A stretch of 64,000 nt of DNA, taken from the NCBI GenBank assembly GCA_047607325.1, contig JASGDG010000412.1, forward strand, positions 17,711 through 81,710, read 5' to 3'. Below are positions 38,012-46,727 of the stretch, piece by piece. The DNA is from Xenophilus sp. (GTDB lineage: Bacteria; Pseudomonadota; Gammaproteobacteria; Burkholderiales; Burkholderiaceae_C). The position numbers and the translations under genes were made by a program. The notes below the pieces were generated by a model. That model saw only the letters and a list, made by a program, of their open reading frames with translations, made no database searches and was not told the DNA's origin. Each line of letters opens with the position of its first letter. The stretch's first letter is position 1.

Positions 38012-38911
38012 TTATCGTTTTTTCGGATTCGCCGGGGCTTGGTAGCCGGGAGCCAGCTTGGCGTTCTCGACACCGTACAAGGCCAGCGGGTCGGCGAGCC
38101 ACAAGCGGTACTGTTCTTCGGTGAGGCGGTGGTCGGGCGAGCAGTCCACGCTCCAGCGCAACAGCATGTAGCCCGCGACCGCCGCGCGCACGCGCATGCG
38201 GATCGCGCCATCGGTCATGGCGTAGTCCATGCGGATGATTTCGGGTCGGGCCAGACGAGGGTGCGGCACGAAGTCCAGCTCGACGATGCGCGTCCACTGG
38301 ATGTCGTTGTCCGGGCGCTCGTGGGCTTGGGGCTCCTCGTCGAGCAGGGTTGGCGCTTCGATGCGGGTGACGACGAAGTCGCGGAACTCGCCGCTTTTGC
38401 GGTCGAAGGCGCGGACGTGCCAGCGCAGGCCGGTGTCCACCAAGGCGAAGGGAACGATGGCCCGCTGCGTCTTGCCGCTGCTCATCGAGTGGTAACGGAT
38501 GGCGACCGGTCGCTTGGCGTGGATGGCGCGGCAGATCGGAGCCAAAACGTCCATCTTGGGGTTGCTCAAGGCCGTGGGTGACTCGCAGGGCAGCAATGGC
38601 GCGGACGCCGCGTTCAGCCCGTCGCCGAAGCCCAAGGCCAGCGACGACAGCACGCGCTGCGAGGCGTGCTCGAAGATCGGCGCGAAGGTCTTGCCGATCC
38701 GGTACACCTTGCTGCTGCCGTCGAACTCGATGTTCTTGGGGGCGATTTCTCGGTACAGCGCCAGATCGCGGGTTGCGCCTGCGGGCGCCACGCCGAAGCG
38801 GTCGATGAGATCGGGGCGGCCTATTTCGCCGAGGAAGTAGAGCCGGAAGTCGATGTAGGCCAGCCGCTCACGCTGGGCATGGCTCAAGCTTTCGACACGC
38901 TGTGGATGCAT
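38012..38911 (-). CDS. WYL-domain transcriptional regulator (BrxR/CapW-like)
   Basis: N-terminal wHTH (RLAYIDFRLYFLG...ATRDLALY); WYL core RWHVRAFDRKSGEFRDFVVTRI; first gene of the defence run. Confidence 0.9.
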   Translation of the reverse strand: MHPQRVESLSHAQRERLAYIDFRLYFLGEIGRPDLIDRFGVAPAGATRDLALYREIAPKNIEFDGSSKVYRIGKTFAPIFEHASQRVLSSLALGFGDGLNAASAPLLPCESPTALSNPKMDVLAPICRAIHAKRPVAIRYHSMSSGKTQRAIVPFALVDTGLRWHVRAFDRKSGEFRDFVVTRIEAPTLLDEEPQAHERPDNDIQWTRIVELDFVPHPRLARPEIIRMDYAMTDGAIRMRVRAAVAGYMLLRWSVDCSPDHRLTEEQYRLWLADPLALYGVENAKLAPGYQAPANPKKR

Positions 38912-38988
38912 GGTTGGGTTCCTTACCCGCGACCGGCACAGGCCGGTCTGGAAGCAAACGCTCGACTATTCATGATTCGGCATCATAC

Positions 38989-39005
38989 ATCATCAAAGTG
39001 ATGAT
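38989..39005. promoter_or_regulatory. Palindromic operator candidate in the divergent promoter
   Basis: ATCATCA-AAG-TGATGAT perfect inverted repeat in an AT-rich spacer between the WYL gene and the + strand operon. Confidence 0.55.
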
Positions 39006-39077
39006 ATTATGGGGCCAATCTTGGTCTCTGGCAAACGGTCGGGCCTGCGCCCGGCCACCGCCCGAAGGGGATGGACG

Positions 39078-40829
39078 ATGGTCGATATTGCTGCATTGAT
39101 GAAGGTGTTGCCCGTCTCAAAGCTGGAGCCGGATTGGGTCGCCTCGCTTGGGGGCTTTATCGATGTGCCCAAGGATCGCTGGTGGGAGGAGCGCATCGGG
39201 TTGCTGGAGCCGCCCGCTGGCCAGCGCGTGCCCTACATCGAGCCGGTGGATGCGCTGGAAAAACTGCTGCGTCGCCAGGGCGTCGCGCCGGAGGACGCCA
39301 AAGCGCGGGCGCTTGAAGCCGTGGCCCGGATGAAGGACGACGTGGCGGAAGACCACTGGGTCAACTTCTTCAATGACCTCGAACCGGAATCCTCCGACTG
39401 TCTGCCGGCGTCCGACTTCGTGGCATGGCTGCGTGACGAACGCCGCCGGATCAATCGGCTGGCATCCGACCTCAAGCTCGACGGGCAAGGCTTCAAGGAA
39501 CTGGCCAGCGAGGAAATGCTGGTGCCGTCCGACATCCTCGACTTCTTCGAGCAGGCTGCGGAAGTGACAGCGCGCACGCCGATGTTCCGTGGGCCGGACA
39601 ACTGGGACGCACCGTGGTCATTGGAAACCTTGCCTGCGCTGCCGCCGCCCAAGGCCATGATCGAGTTCGTGCCCGGCCCGCCGTGGGACGACTTTGAGTC
39701 CGACTGGAAGTCGCAGGACAACCCATTCTTGCGCTGGCGCGAGGCCATGCGCCCCGTGGCGCATGAGCTGGAGAAGGCGCTCGGCGAGCCGGTGTATCAC
39801 TTCGCCGACCTGGACTGCGACACCGATGACGATGACGTGCATCGCTTCCTCGTACTGCACTGGTGCTGCACGCACAGGCCGGAATCGGCCTTCGTGCGCT
39901 ACCTGCTGAAAATCAGCGGTGCCAGCGATGTCGAAGAACTCAAGGCGGCGCTGATTGACCCGGCCAGCTACACGCAGCCGTTCCAGATGAACGGATCGTT
40001 CGTCGGACTGGAAGCATCGGGCTGCGGCGGCCATATCGACTACCTGCCTTCGGAGGTGCGCAAATCGGTGGGCGTGGTGTTCCTGACCGAAGCGGCTCGT
40101 GAGGTGGCGTTCACGCTGCTGATGCAGCAGATCGGCGCACATGCCTTCATCGTCGCGCCGAAGGAATTGACGACCGACGCATGGGTCAAGCAGGCGACGC
40201 GCTACTGCCGTGACTGGACGGTGCGCTATGTGTACGACGGCAAGCTGGACGATCTCATCGACATCTTGGCTGGGGTCGATTCACTGCATGTGATCGTCAA
40301 CGAGCCGACGCCGAAATCCGGGTTCGACCTGAAGCTGTCCGAGCCGGTGGAAGACCTGCTGTGGTTGGCGTTCGGCCTTGGCGTCGAAGCGAAGTATTAC
40401 CACGTCGAGCGCACGCAATTGATGAATCCCGATACCTGCCTGCAAAAGCGCGGCGTACCCGAACGGGTGGCGGCGCGGCAGGTGCAACGTGCGGCATTCA
40501 CCCGACAACTCAGGGAAGTCCGGCTGGACAACGACTACGGCAGCAGCGGCCTGTGGGATGAGGAAGGCAAGATGCTCGGTTACGACTTGCTGGATTTGCC
40601 CTTCCCGCTGGTGCGGCGGATCGCCGCGTGGCAACGGGACTACGACGACACCGTGACCCCGCCCGACGAGGGCAGCGATGAATGGTGGGATCGCCATGAA
40701 GATGAAGCGGTTGAAATCGCCCAGGAACTGCAAGCGGCCTTGGGTGCGAACACGGTCGTCAAGCTGTATCGCAAGCAGGGCTGGATGAGCGTTGATGAAG
40801 CCGTCCGCGTCGAGGGAGATGTGTCATGA
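39078..40829 (+). CDS. Uncharacterised acidic multidomain protein (583 aa)
   Basis: Long ORF; C-terminal roughly 85 aa resembles the N-terminal domain of 43448-44365. Confidence 0.75.
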   Translation: MVDIAALMKVLPVSKLEPDWVASLGGFIDVPKDRWWEERIGLLEPPAGQRVPYIEPVDALEKLLRRQGVAPEDAKARALEAVARMKDDVAEDHWVNFFNDLEPESSDCLPASDFVAWLRDERRRINRLASDLKLDGQGFKELASEEMLVPSDILDFFEQAAEVTARTPMFRGPDNWDAPWSLETLPALPPPKAMIEFVPGPPWDDFESDWKSQDNPFLRWREAMRPVAHELEKALGEPVYHFADLDCDTDDDDVHRFLVLHWCCTHRPESAFVRYLLKISGASDVEELKAALIDPASYTQPFQMNGSFVGLEASGCGGHIDYLPSEVRKSVGVVFLTEAAREVAFTLLMQQIGAHAFIVAPKELTTDAWVKQATRYCRDWTVRYVYDGKLDDLIDILAGVDSLHVIVNEPTPKSGFDLKLSEPVEDLLWLAFGLGVEAKYYHVERTQLMNPDTCLQKRGVPERVAARQVQRAAFTRQLREVRLDNDYGSSGLWDEEGKMLGYDLLDLPFPLVRRIAAWQRDYDDTVTPPDEGSDEWWDRHEDEAVEIAQELQAALGANTVVKLYRKQGWMSVDEAVRVEGDVS

Positions 40830-42073
40830 CCTTGGCTTGGAGCAAGAGCGATGAACCGAAGCATCCGCAGGCGCGCGACATCAAGCGCAACTGCGGGCAG
40901 CTACTCGGTCGCATGGATGAGTTGCTGCCGTGCCTCTACATCGCGCAATACGGCGCGTCTGGGCGCGCCATGCGCGAACGGACAGCGGACGCGGCTGCGG
41001 GCCTGTTCGCCGTTGGCGCGCGCACGGGCGGCGACCGTCCCGGCGTCGCGCCGCGCGTTGGCTTGCTGCTGCCCCTCAGCCTGTGCCGCGACGAGACGGC
41101 GCGCGCGTCGTTGCTGGACATCCCGGCTGTGATCGAGAACCCGCAGTCCACGATGTCGGACAGGCGGCGCGCGGTGCAGGCCAAGCTGGATGAAGCGTTC
41201 GGCGGCGATCTGAGAATCGCGGACAAGGAAAGCCTCGATGGCTTCTTCGCGCTCAGGCTCGGCCTCAGTCTTTTCCGCCGCTTGCACGAGTCCTTCGATT
41301 ACGTCACCGAAGTCCTCGACAACCCGGCAGGCCTTGTTCGCATTACCGGCTCGTCGCGTTTTGGCTGGCGCAGCTATGGCGAATTGATGGAGTGGTATCA
41401 CAGCCTGCGTGGCTCGGATCGCTTTGGCGCGTGGTCGGCGCTCACGCCGTTCTTCGTCTGCGGCAATACGGGGGCGCTGCACTCGTACAGCACCGAGCGT
41501 TGGGCGCGTGCTGGCTTGAGCAGGCCCGCCGAGGAACCCGCCAAGTGGTTCGTGCTCCGCCCCGGCCTGCTGGATGCCCAGCTCGGTATCCGGCTGGCAA
41601 TGGAGGAGTACGGCTGGGCCAAGCTGCACCTGACGCTCGACGATGCCACAGCCACGATTCACCTGTCAGAGGTGTTCGACCCATTCCCCGAACTGGTGGC
41701 TTGGGGGCGTGAGATCGGCGAAGGCGATCTGCCGGTCGAGATGGAAATCGACGAGGAAGGTCAGGAGGCTGTGCTGACGGTGCTGCGCACCGATGATTCG
41801 CAGCGCGTGCTGCTGCGCGTCACGCGCAAATACGAGAACACGACGCTACTGGAGGGCATCGTGGCGCGCGCCACCTTGGCTGCGGCCTTGAAGGCGGAGT
41901 TGCTCCGGTTTTTCACGGTGGAGTTCGATCCGCAGCATTGGGATTTGCGGGGCGATCCCGAAGACATCGAAGACGACCACGTCTTCGTCAAGGACACCGT
42001 TCTGAATCACCCGTGGCTCGCCACTGCCGATAGCGCAAACGGGCCGCGCAGTCAGGATACGGAGGTTCCATGA
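40826..42073 (+). CDS. Uncharacterised protein (415 aa)
   Basis: ATGA overlaps at both ends; no recognised motif. Confidence 0.75.
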   Translation: MTLAWSKSDEPKHPQARDIKRNCGQLLGRMDELLPCLYIAQYGASGRAMRERTADAAAGLFAVGARTGGDRPGVAPRVGLLLPLSLCRDETARASLLDIPAVIENPQSTMSDRRRAVQAKLDEAFGGDLRIADKESLDGFFALRLGLSLFRRLHESFDYVTEVLDNPAGLVRITGSSRFGWRSYGELMEWYHSLRGSDRFGAWSALTPFFVCGNTGALHSYSTERWARAGLSRPAEEPAKWFVLRPGLLDAQLGIRLAMEEYGWAKLHLTLDDATATIHLSEVFDPFPELVAWGREIGEGDLPVEMEIDEEGQEAVLTVLRTDDSQRVLLRVTRKYENTTLLEGIVARATLAAALKAELLRFFTVEFDPQHWDLRGDPEDIEDDHVFVKDTVLNHPWLATADSANGPRSQDTEVP

Positions 42074-42975
42074 ACCCAAACGCCGCCGTGCTGCTGATGC
42101 TGCTTTGCATGCTCGCCGCGTGGGCATGGGTTTGGCGCGTCATCGCCACGCGCCGAACGGTGCGCGGGAGAAACCGCTTCATCGCGCACCTGATTGGCGC
42201 ACTGGCGGGCAGCGGTGCGGTGTTCGGCGCGTTCTGCCTGAGCGGAGCCTTGCTGATGCCGGGCGCGGGCGACGGGGCATCGATTGCGATTGGGGTATTC
42301 GGCGCGCTGGTGCTTTGCGCGTATCTCGGCGCATTGCATTCCCCAAAGCAGAAGGCGTCGCAAAGCGCCGAGGCCGAACCTGCCGTGCTGGTAGCGGTCG
42401 CCGGGACGAAGACTGACGCAAGCCCTGTGTCGCGCGTGCCGCGCAAACCCTTCAAGGATTCGCTCCAGTCATGGTGGCAGGAGGAAAAACGCAGGCAGGA
42501 AGAATTTCTGCGGCAAGAGGAACGCAAGCGCGTCTCGCGGGAAAAGGCGCTGGGCATGCCATTCGGCACGTTTTTCTCGGAGCGGATGGAAGACCACCTC
42601 ATGCTTTGGGGCGGTGTGCTGTTCCTCATCGTGTGGGGGTGCCTGTTTGCTTTCGTCCCCTCGGCGGGGGACTGGCTGACCCGGCTGGTTGTGAGTTTCA
42701 TCGTCGCGTGCCTGCTGGCTGCCGTGTGGGGCGTGTCCTGCATCGTGATCGTCCCGGCCATATTGCTGCTCTTGGTGCTGCTGCCATTTGCTTGCGTCAG
42801 CATCCTTGCGGAGGCGTGGTGGCGCATCCGCCACAACCAGCCCTACATCGCGCCACCCGTTGTCATCAGCTACGACAGCATCGCCTCTTCGGCCCCAACC
42901 CGGAACACCGGCAACTGGCTCGTGCCGCTGGCCATTGGGCTGTGGATAGGAAATGCGTGGGGCAAGGACGATTGA
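42070..42975 (+). CDS. Uncharacterised multi-pass membrane protein
   Basis: Two hydrophobic clusters separated by a charged coil (QEEKRRQEEFLRQEERKR). Confidence 0.75.
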   Translation: MNPNAAVLLMLLCMLAAWAWVWRVIATRRTVRGRNRFIAHLIGALAGSGAVFGAFCLSGALLMPGAGDGASIAIGVFGALVLCAYLGALHSPKQKASQSAEAEPAVLVAVAGTKTDASPVSRVPRKPFKDSLQSWWQEEKRRQEEFLRQEERKRVSREKALGMPFGTFFSERMEDHLMLWGGVLFLIVWGCLFAFVPSAGDWLTRLVVSFIVACLLAAVWGVSCIVIVPAILLLLVLLPFACVSILAEAWWRIRHNQPYIAPPVVISYDSIASSAPTRNTGNWLVPLAIGLWIGNAWGKDD

Positions 42976-43027
42976 GAGGGCACCAAGCTCGCCGCGAGAT
43001 CAAGTGACGCCCATGTGAGATTGAACA

Positions 43028-43441
43028 ATGCGCCAACGCTACTTCCTCATCGAACCGAAGTATTCCGACCCGGACACGTTCTGCCACTTCGTCGTTGGCA
43101 GCGACCGAGTGCGCGCCTCCATCCAGATCTATGCCGATCTGTGGATGCTCAGCGAAGTGTCTGCCGCACTGACGGCCCCATCGCTGAAGGCGGAAGCGCC
43201 CGTTGTGGCCGAATACGAGGATGGCGACGATCTGTTCTATTTCTACCTGACGGTGTTGCCGCACGAGGGCGGAAACAAGCGCCTGCGCTTCCGGGTGTTT
43301 CAGGACTGGCTGGATGACGGTGCGCCGTATCGGGCCGACATTCGTTTCGACCTCACGCCCACGGAGGCCGAGGAGTTCGCAAAGGAACTCAAGGCATGGT
43401 GCGGTAAGCCTGAGTACGCTTTCGTGTGGAAGGCGGATTGA
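43028..43441 (+). CDS. Small acidic hypothetical protein (immunity-protein-like)
   Basis: 137 aa, acidic and aromatic. Confidence 0.65.
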   Translation: MRQRYFLIEPKYSDPDTFCHFVVGSDRVRASIQIYADLWMLSEVSAALTAPSLKAEAPVVAEYEDGDDLFYFYLTVLPHEGGNKRLRFRVFQDWLDDGAPYRADIRFDLTPTEAEEFAKELKAWCGKPEYAFVWKAD

Positions 43442-43447
43442 AATTCC

Positions 43448-44365
43448 ATGAACGACGCCGTGCCTGCTTCTTTCACACCCGTTCTCACCGTAATGGTGGA
43501 CTACGGAAATGCGCCGTTCCTGTGGCTGGTGGAAAGTCCTGACCAGGGCGGTGTCGGGCCGAACCTGTGCGACGGCTCGTTTTGGGATGATTCTTTCCCG
43601 ATGTCCGAAGGGCTTTGGCGCAAGTTCGCCGACTGGGCCATCGAGTTCGACCGCACGGCGTTCTACTCCGACGCTTTCAACGCCGACGACTGGGATTGGC
43701 CTGCCTTCCACGCACGCGGACTGCAACTGTCCCGCTGGCTGAAAGAGGAAGTCGGCACTGCGTATCGTGTCGTGTACGACAAGCCTTTCGAAGACCCGAA
43801 TCACCGCATTGACGAACGCACGGAAATACTCGCCAACGGCACGCTGTTTCCGCTGCCGCCGTTTCGCAGTCCGTTCCCCGAACCACTTCGCTTCTGCGAA
43901 CGCATCGTCTCCGGTGGACAGACGGGGGCGGATCGCGGCGCGCTGGATTTCGCCATCAAGCACGGCTATCTGCACGGAGGGTGGGCCCCGCACGGGCGCG
44001 AAGCCGAGGATGGCCTTGTCCCACTGAAATACCAGCTCACGGAATTGGCCGATGGCGGCTACCGCCAGCGCACCCGACGCAACGTGGAGGAGAGTGATGG
44101 CACCTTGATCGTCAATCTCGGCGAACTGGACGGCGGGACGCTGGCCACCGAAGTCTTCGCCCGGCAGAAAGGTCAGCCGCATCTCATTGTGCAGCTCGAC
44201 GCCGGGGTCACAGCAGATGCGGCGGCCAGTGTTCTTGCATGGCTGCGTGAATACACCATCAAGACATTGAACGTCGCTGGCCCGCGAGAGAGCAAGCGAC
44301 CGGGCATCTACCGATTGACCGGAGAGCTATTGGAAGCGGTCGATGCCTTGCTTCACCCGGCTTGA
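43448..44365 (+). CDS. Unknown N-terminal domain fused to a putative molybdenum-carrier (SLOG superfamily) domain
   Basis: IVSGGQTGADRGALD...GGWAP...RTRRNVEESDGTL...LNVAGPRESK. Confidence 0.85.
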   Translation: MNDAVPASFTPVLTVMVDYGNAPFLWLVESPDQGGVGPNLCDGSFWDDSFPMSEGLWRKFADWAIEFDRTAFYSDAFNADDWDWPAFHARGLQLSRWLKEEVGTAYRVVYDKPFEDPNHRIDERTEILANGTLFPLPPFRSPFPEPLRFCERIVSGGQTGADRGALDFAIKHGYLHGGWAPHGREAEDGLVPLKYQLTELADGGYRQRTRRNVEESDGTLIVNLGELDGGTLATEVFARQKGQPHLIVQLDAGVTADAAASVLAWLREYTIKTLNVAGPRESKRPGIYRLTGELLEAVDALLHPA

Positions 44366-44385
44366 TGCGTTTGCATAAGCACCCG

Positions 44386-44473
44386 GCGAAATGAGCGAAA
44401 TCAGCGAAATGAGAGACCCGACAACCGTTTGCAGGCGTCTTGGCGCGGCGAAACGAGCGAAATGAGCTTTCGC
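44386..44473. repeat. 9-bp iteron-like repeats GCGAAA(T/C)(G/C)A
   Basis: Tandem copies at 44386, 44395, 44404, 44448 and 44457; inverted TTTCGC at 44468-44473. Confidence 0.75.
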
Positions 44474-44474
44474 G

Positions 44475-45839
44475 CTACGCGAGCCGGTACACGCGCGTCG
44501 GCGTGCCCGGCGCATCGGCGGGCCGCTCGACCGTTTGCACGCTGATCTTCGGCGGCGTGCTGGCCAACAGGTGCTCCAGACCGGCGTCGATCCGCGCCTT
44601 CGGCACCTTGCCACGGAAGCATTCGGCGCTGATCTGGCTGCGCGTGGCCTGACCGCGCTCGCGCAGGAAGGCCAGCACGCGGTTCGACAGTTCCCGCACT
44701 TGCGTCAGCTTCGCTTCCTCGGCGGCGCTGACGAACACGAAGCGGACGGAGGCCGTGGCGTGCCGAATCCACGCCATCGCCGCGTCGATGTGCGGGGTGT
44801 CGATATGGGTTTGCAGGTCGGTCAGCGCCATCAGCATCGCCAGCCGCAGCAGCATCGGAGCGCGGCGTTCCAGCAGCGCGCCGACGACACCGTCGCCGAG
44901 ATCGTCGTTCAGCTCGCCCCGGTAGAGCTGGGCGTAGCGCCACTGCGCCTGCGGCGACAGTTCCATCCGCAGGTGGTCGCGCTCGCCGTGCCGGTCAGCG
45001 CGGACGAAAGCCAGCACTTCCCGTGTTCTGCGCGCCAGATGCTCGACCACTGCCTGCGGCGTTTCCTTCGGGAACGGCAACATCCGCGACCGCTCGGCCC
45101 AGATCATCAGGAAGCGATTGGCGAAGCCGTTGGTGAGTTCGCGCGCGCTCATCAGGCCGGTCAGTTCGCTGGGCGAAATCGCGCCGCTCAAGCAGACGTG
45201 CGGCTGGCTGGCGTAGAGCCGGTTCGACTTGGTGGCGGGCTTGAGATCGACGCCATCCCAACAGTCGCGCAGCGCCGCCGACAGGGTGTTGCCGTCGCGC
45301 CGCCCCTGATGCAGCACGTTGGCGAATTCCGACTCGACCACCCACAGGCGCTTGTCCTCGATGGCGGACACGTCTTGCCGACTCTGCCGGTAGCCGTCGT
45401 GCATCAGCGCCACCAATCCTTCGCGGCTGGAGAGGCCGCCGCGATGAACCTGCGGCGCGAAGGCTTCGTCCATCTCGCGTAACGCCTGATCGATGCGCAG
45501 CACCAGCGACACCGCATCGCCCTTGCGGCCACGGCCCGAACGCCCGATGTGCAGGCAGAACAGGCGTGCGTGGTGCCGGGTGTTGCCGATGGGCAGGTAC
45601 ACGCCGCGCCCAACCGCGCAGGACAGGTAGGCCATGAAGTTGGCGGCGATGGCGGCGGCGTTGGTCTCCGTGCCTTCGCTGCCCGCGCGAGCGACGTCGC
45701 CGATCAGGCCATGAAGACAGGCCGCGTCGGCCACGGGCGCGTTGCGGTGTGCGTGCGCCATTTCACCGTCGTCGTCATCCGTGGCGTCCAGTTGTGATGC
45801 GCCGTGAGATGAGGTGGTGACATCGACGATCCGGCGCAT
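44475..45839 (-). CDS. DUF3987/YfjI-family P-loop replication helicase-like protein
   Basis: GRSGRGRKGDA Walker A-like; SSREGL; VVESEF; LRDCWDG; NGFANRFL. Confidence 0.8.
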   Translation of the reverse strand: MRRIVDVTTSSHGASQLDATDDDDGEMAHAHRNAPVADAACLHGLIGDVARAGSEGTETNAAAIAANFMAYLSCAVGRGVYLPIGNTRHHARLFCLHIGRSGRGRKGDAVSLVLRIDQALREMDEAFAPQVHRGGLSSREGLVALMHDGYRQSRQDVSAIEDKRLWVVESEFANVLHQGRRDGNTLSAALRDCWDGVDLKPATKSNRLYASQPHVCLSGAISPSELTGLMSARELTNGFANRFLMIWAERSRMLPFPKETPQAVVEHLARRTREVLAFVRADRHGERDHLRMELSPQAQWRYAQLYRGELNDDLGDGVVGALLERRAPMLLRLAMLMALTDLQTHIDTPHIDAAMAWIRHATASVRFVFVSAAEEAKLTQVRELSNRVLAFLRERGQATRSQISAECFRGKVPKARIDAGLEHLLASTPPKISVQTVERPADAPGTPTRVYRLA

Positions 45840-45842
45840 TCG

Positions 45843-46727
45843 TCATTTGCCGTCCAGCGCCACGGTCTGGACGATGTTCTCGAACTCGGTCAGCACGTCC
45901 GGCTGGCGTTGCGACAGGTAGCGGAGCACTGCTTTGTTCCCGACCAGCTTTCCGAGGTAGCCGCGCGCCAGCACCAAGAGCAGCACGTCCTGACCATAGG
46001 ATTTTTCAACCAGCTTCAGTTGATTCTGGATGTTTCCCATTTCGCGCTCCATCTTCACCATTTGCTCCGCAGTGACGCCGGAGAGCTTCCGGGGCCGCTT
46101 TTCGTTGACCAGCAGATTCGGCGGTGTCGCGGCCAGCAACGCCTCTGCGTAGGCAACGGTCATGTTGTTGGCGGTCAGCATCAGCTCTACGCACTCGACC
46201 TGCCGCGTGGGCTTCATCTTGCGCAGCACTGAGCCAAGGTTGGCTGAAAAATGCTGATCCTTCAGCATCTCGACGGCCTCCGGGCAGATGCCTTCAAGCA
46301 GACCGACCTTCTTGTGAATCTGACTGACGTCCACGTTCAGTGCCTTGGCCAGCCGGTCGGGCGTGACGCCGCGCTCAACCGCACGCCGGAGCATCTGGTG
46401 CTCCTGAATGGATGAAATGCGGTTGATCCGGTTGTTGTAGGTGTAGCTTTCATCGTCGGTGGCGATCAGGCATGGCGCATCCGTGTAGCCGAGTTGCCGC
46501 AACGCCAGCAGGCGCATATGGCCGTCGAGCAGGATGTGATGCCCAGTGGTCTTGTCGGCCTTGCCCACACTCAGCGGTTCGATCAACCCGACCGCTTCCA
46601 TCGAGGCCATGATCTGCTTGAACTTGCGCGAGGTATGCAGCCCCTCTGGCGGCTTGTGCGACGGCAGAATCCGATCCAATGTCAGCGTGATCGGCTCGGG
46701 GATGAAGCCCAGTGGCGGTTGGGTCAT
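45843..46727 (-). CDS. ParB-like/RepB C-terminal domain protein
   Basis: SMEAVGLIEPLSV...LLDGHMRLLAL; RKMKPTRQVE. Confidence 0.85.
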   Translation of the reverse strand: MTQPPLGFIPEPITLTLDRILPSHKPPEGLHTSRKFKQIMASMEAVGLIEPLSVGKADKTTGHHILLDGHMRLLALRQLGYTDAPCLIATDDESYTYNNRINRISSIQEHQMLRRAVERGVTPDRLAKALNVDVSQIHKKVGLLEGICPEAVEMLKDQHFSANLGSVLRKMKPTRQVECVELMLTANNMTVAYAEALLAATPPNLLVNEKRPRKLSGVTAEQMVKMEREMGNIQNQLKLVEKSYGQDVLLLVLARGYLGKLVGNKAVLRYLSQRQPDVLTEFENIVQTVALDGK

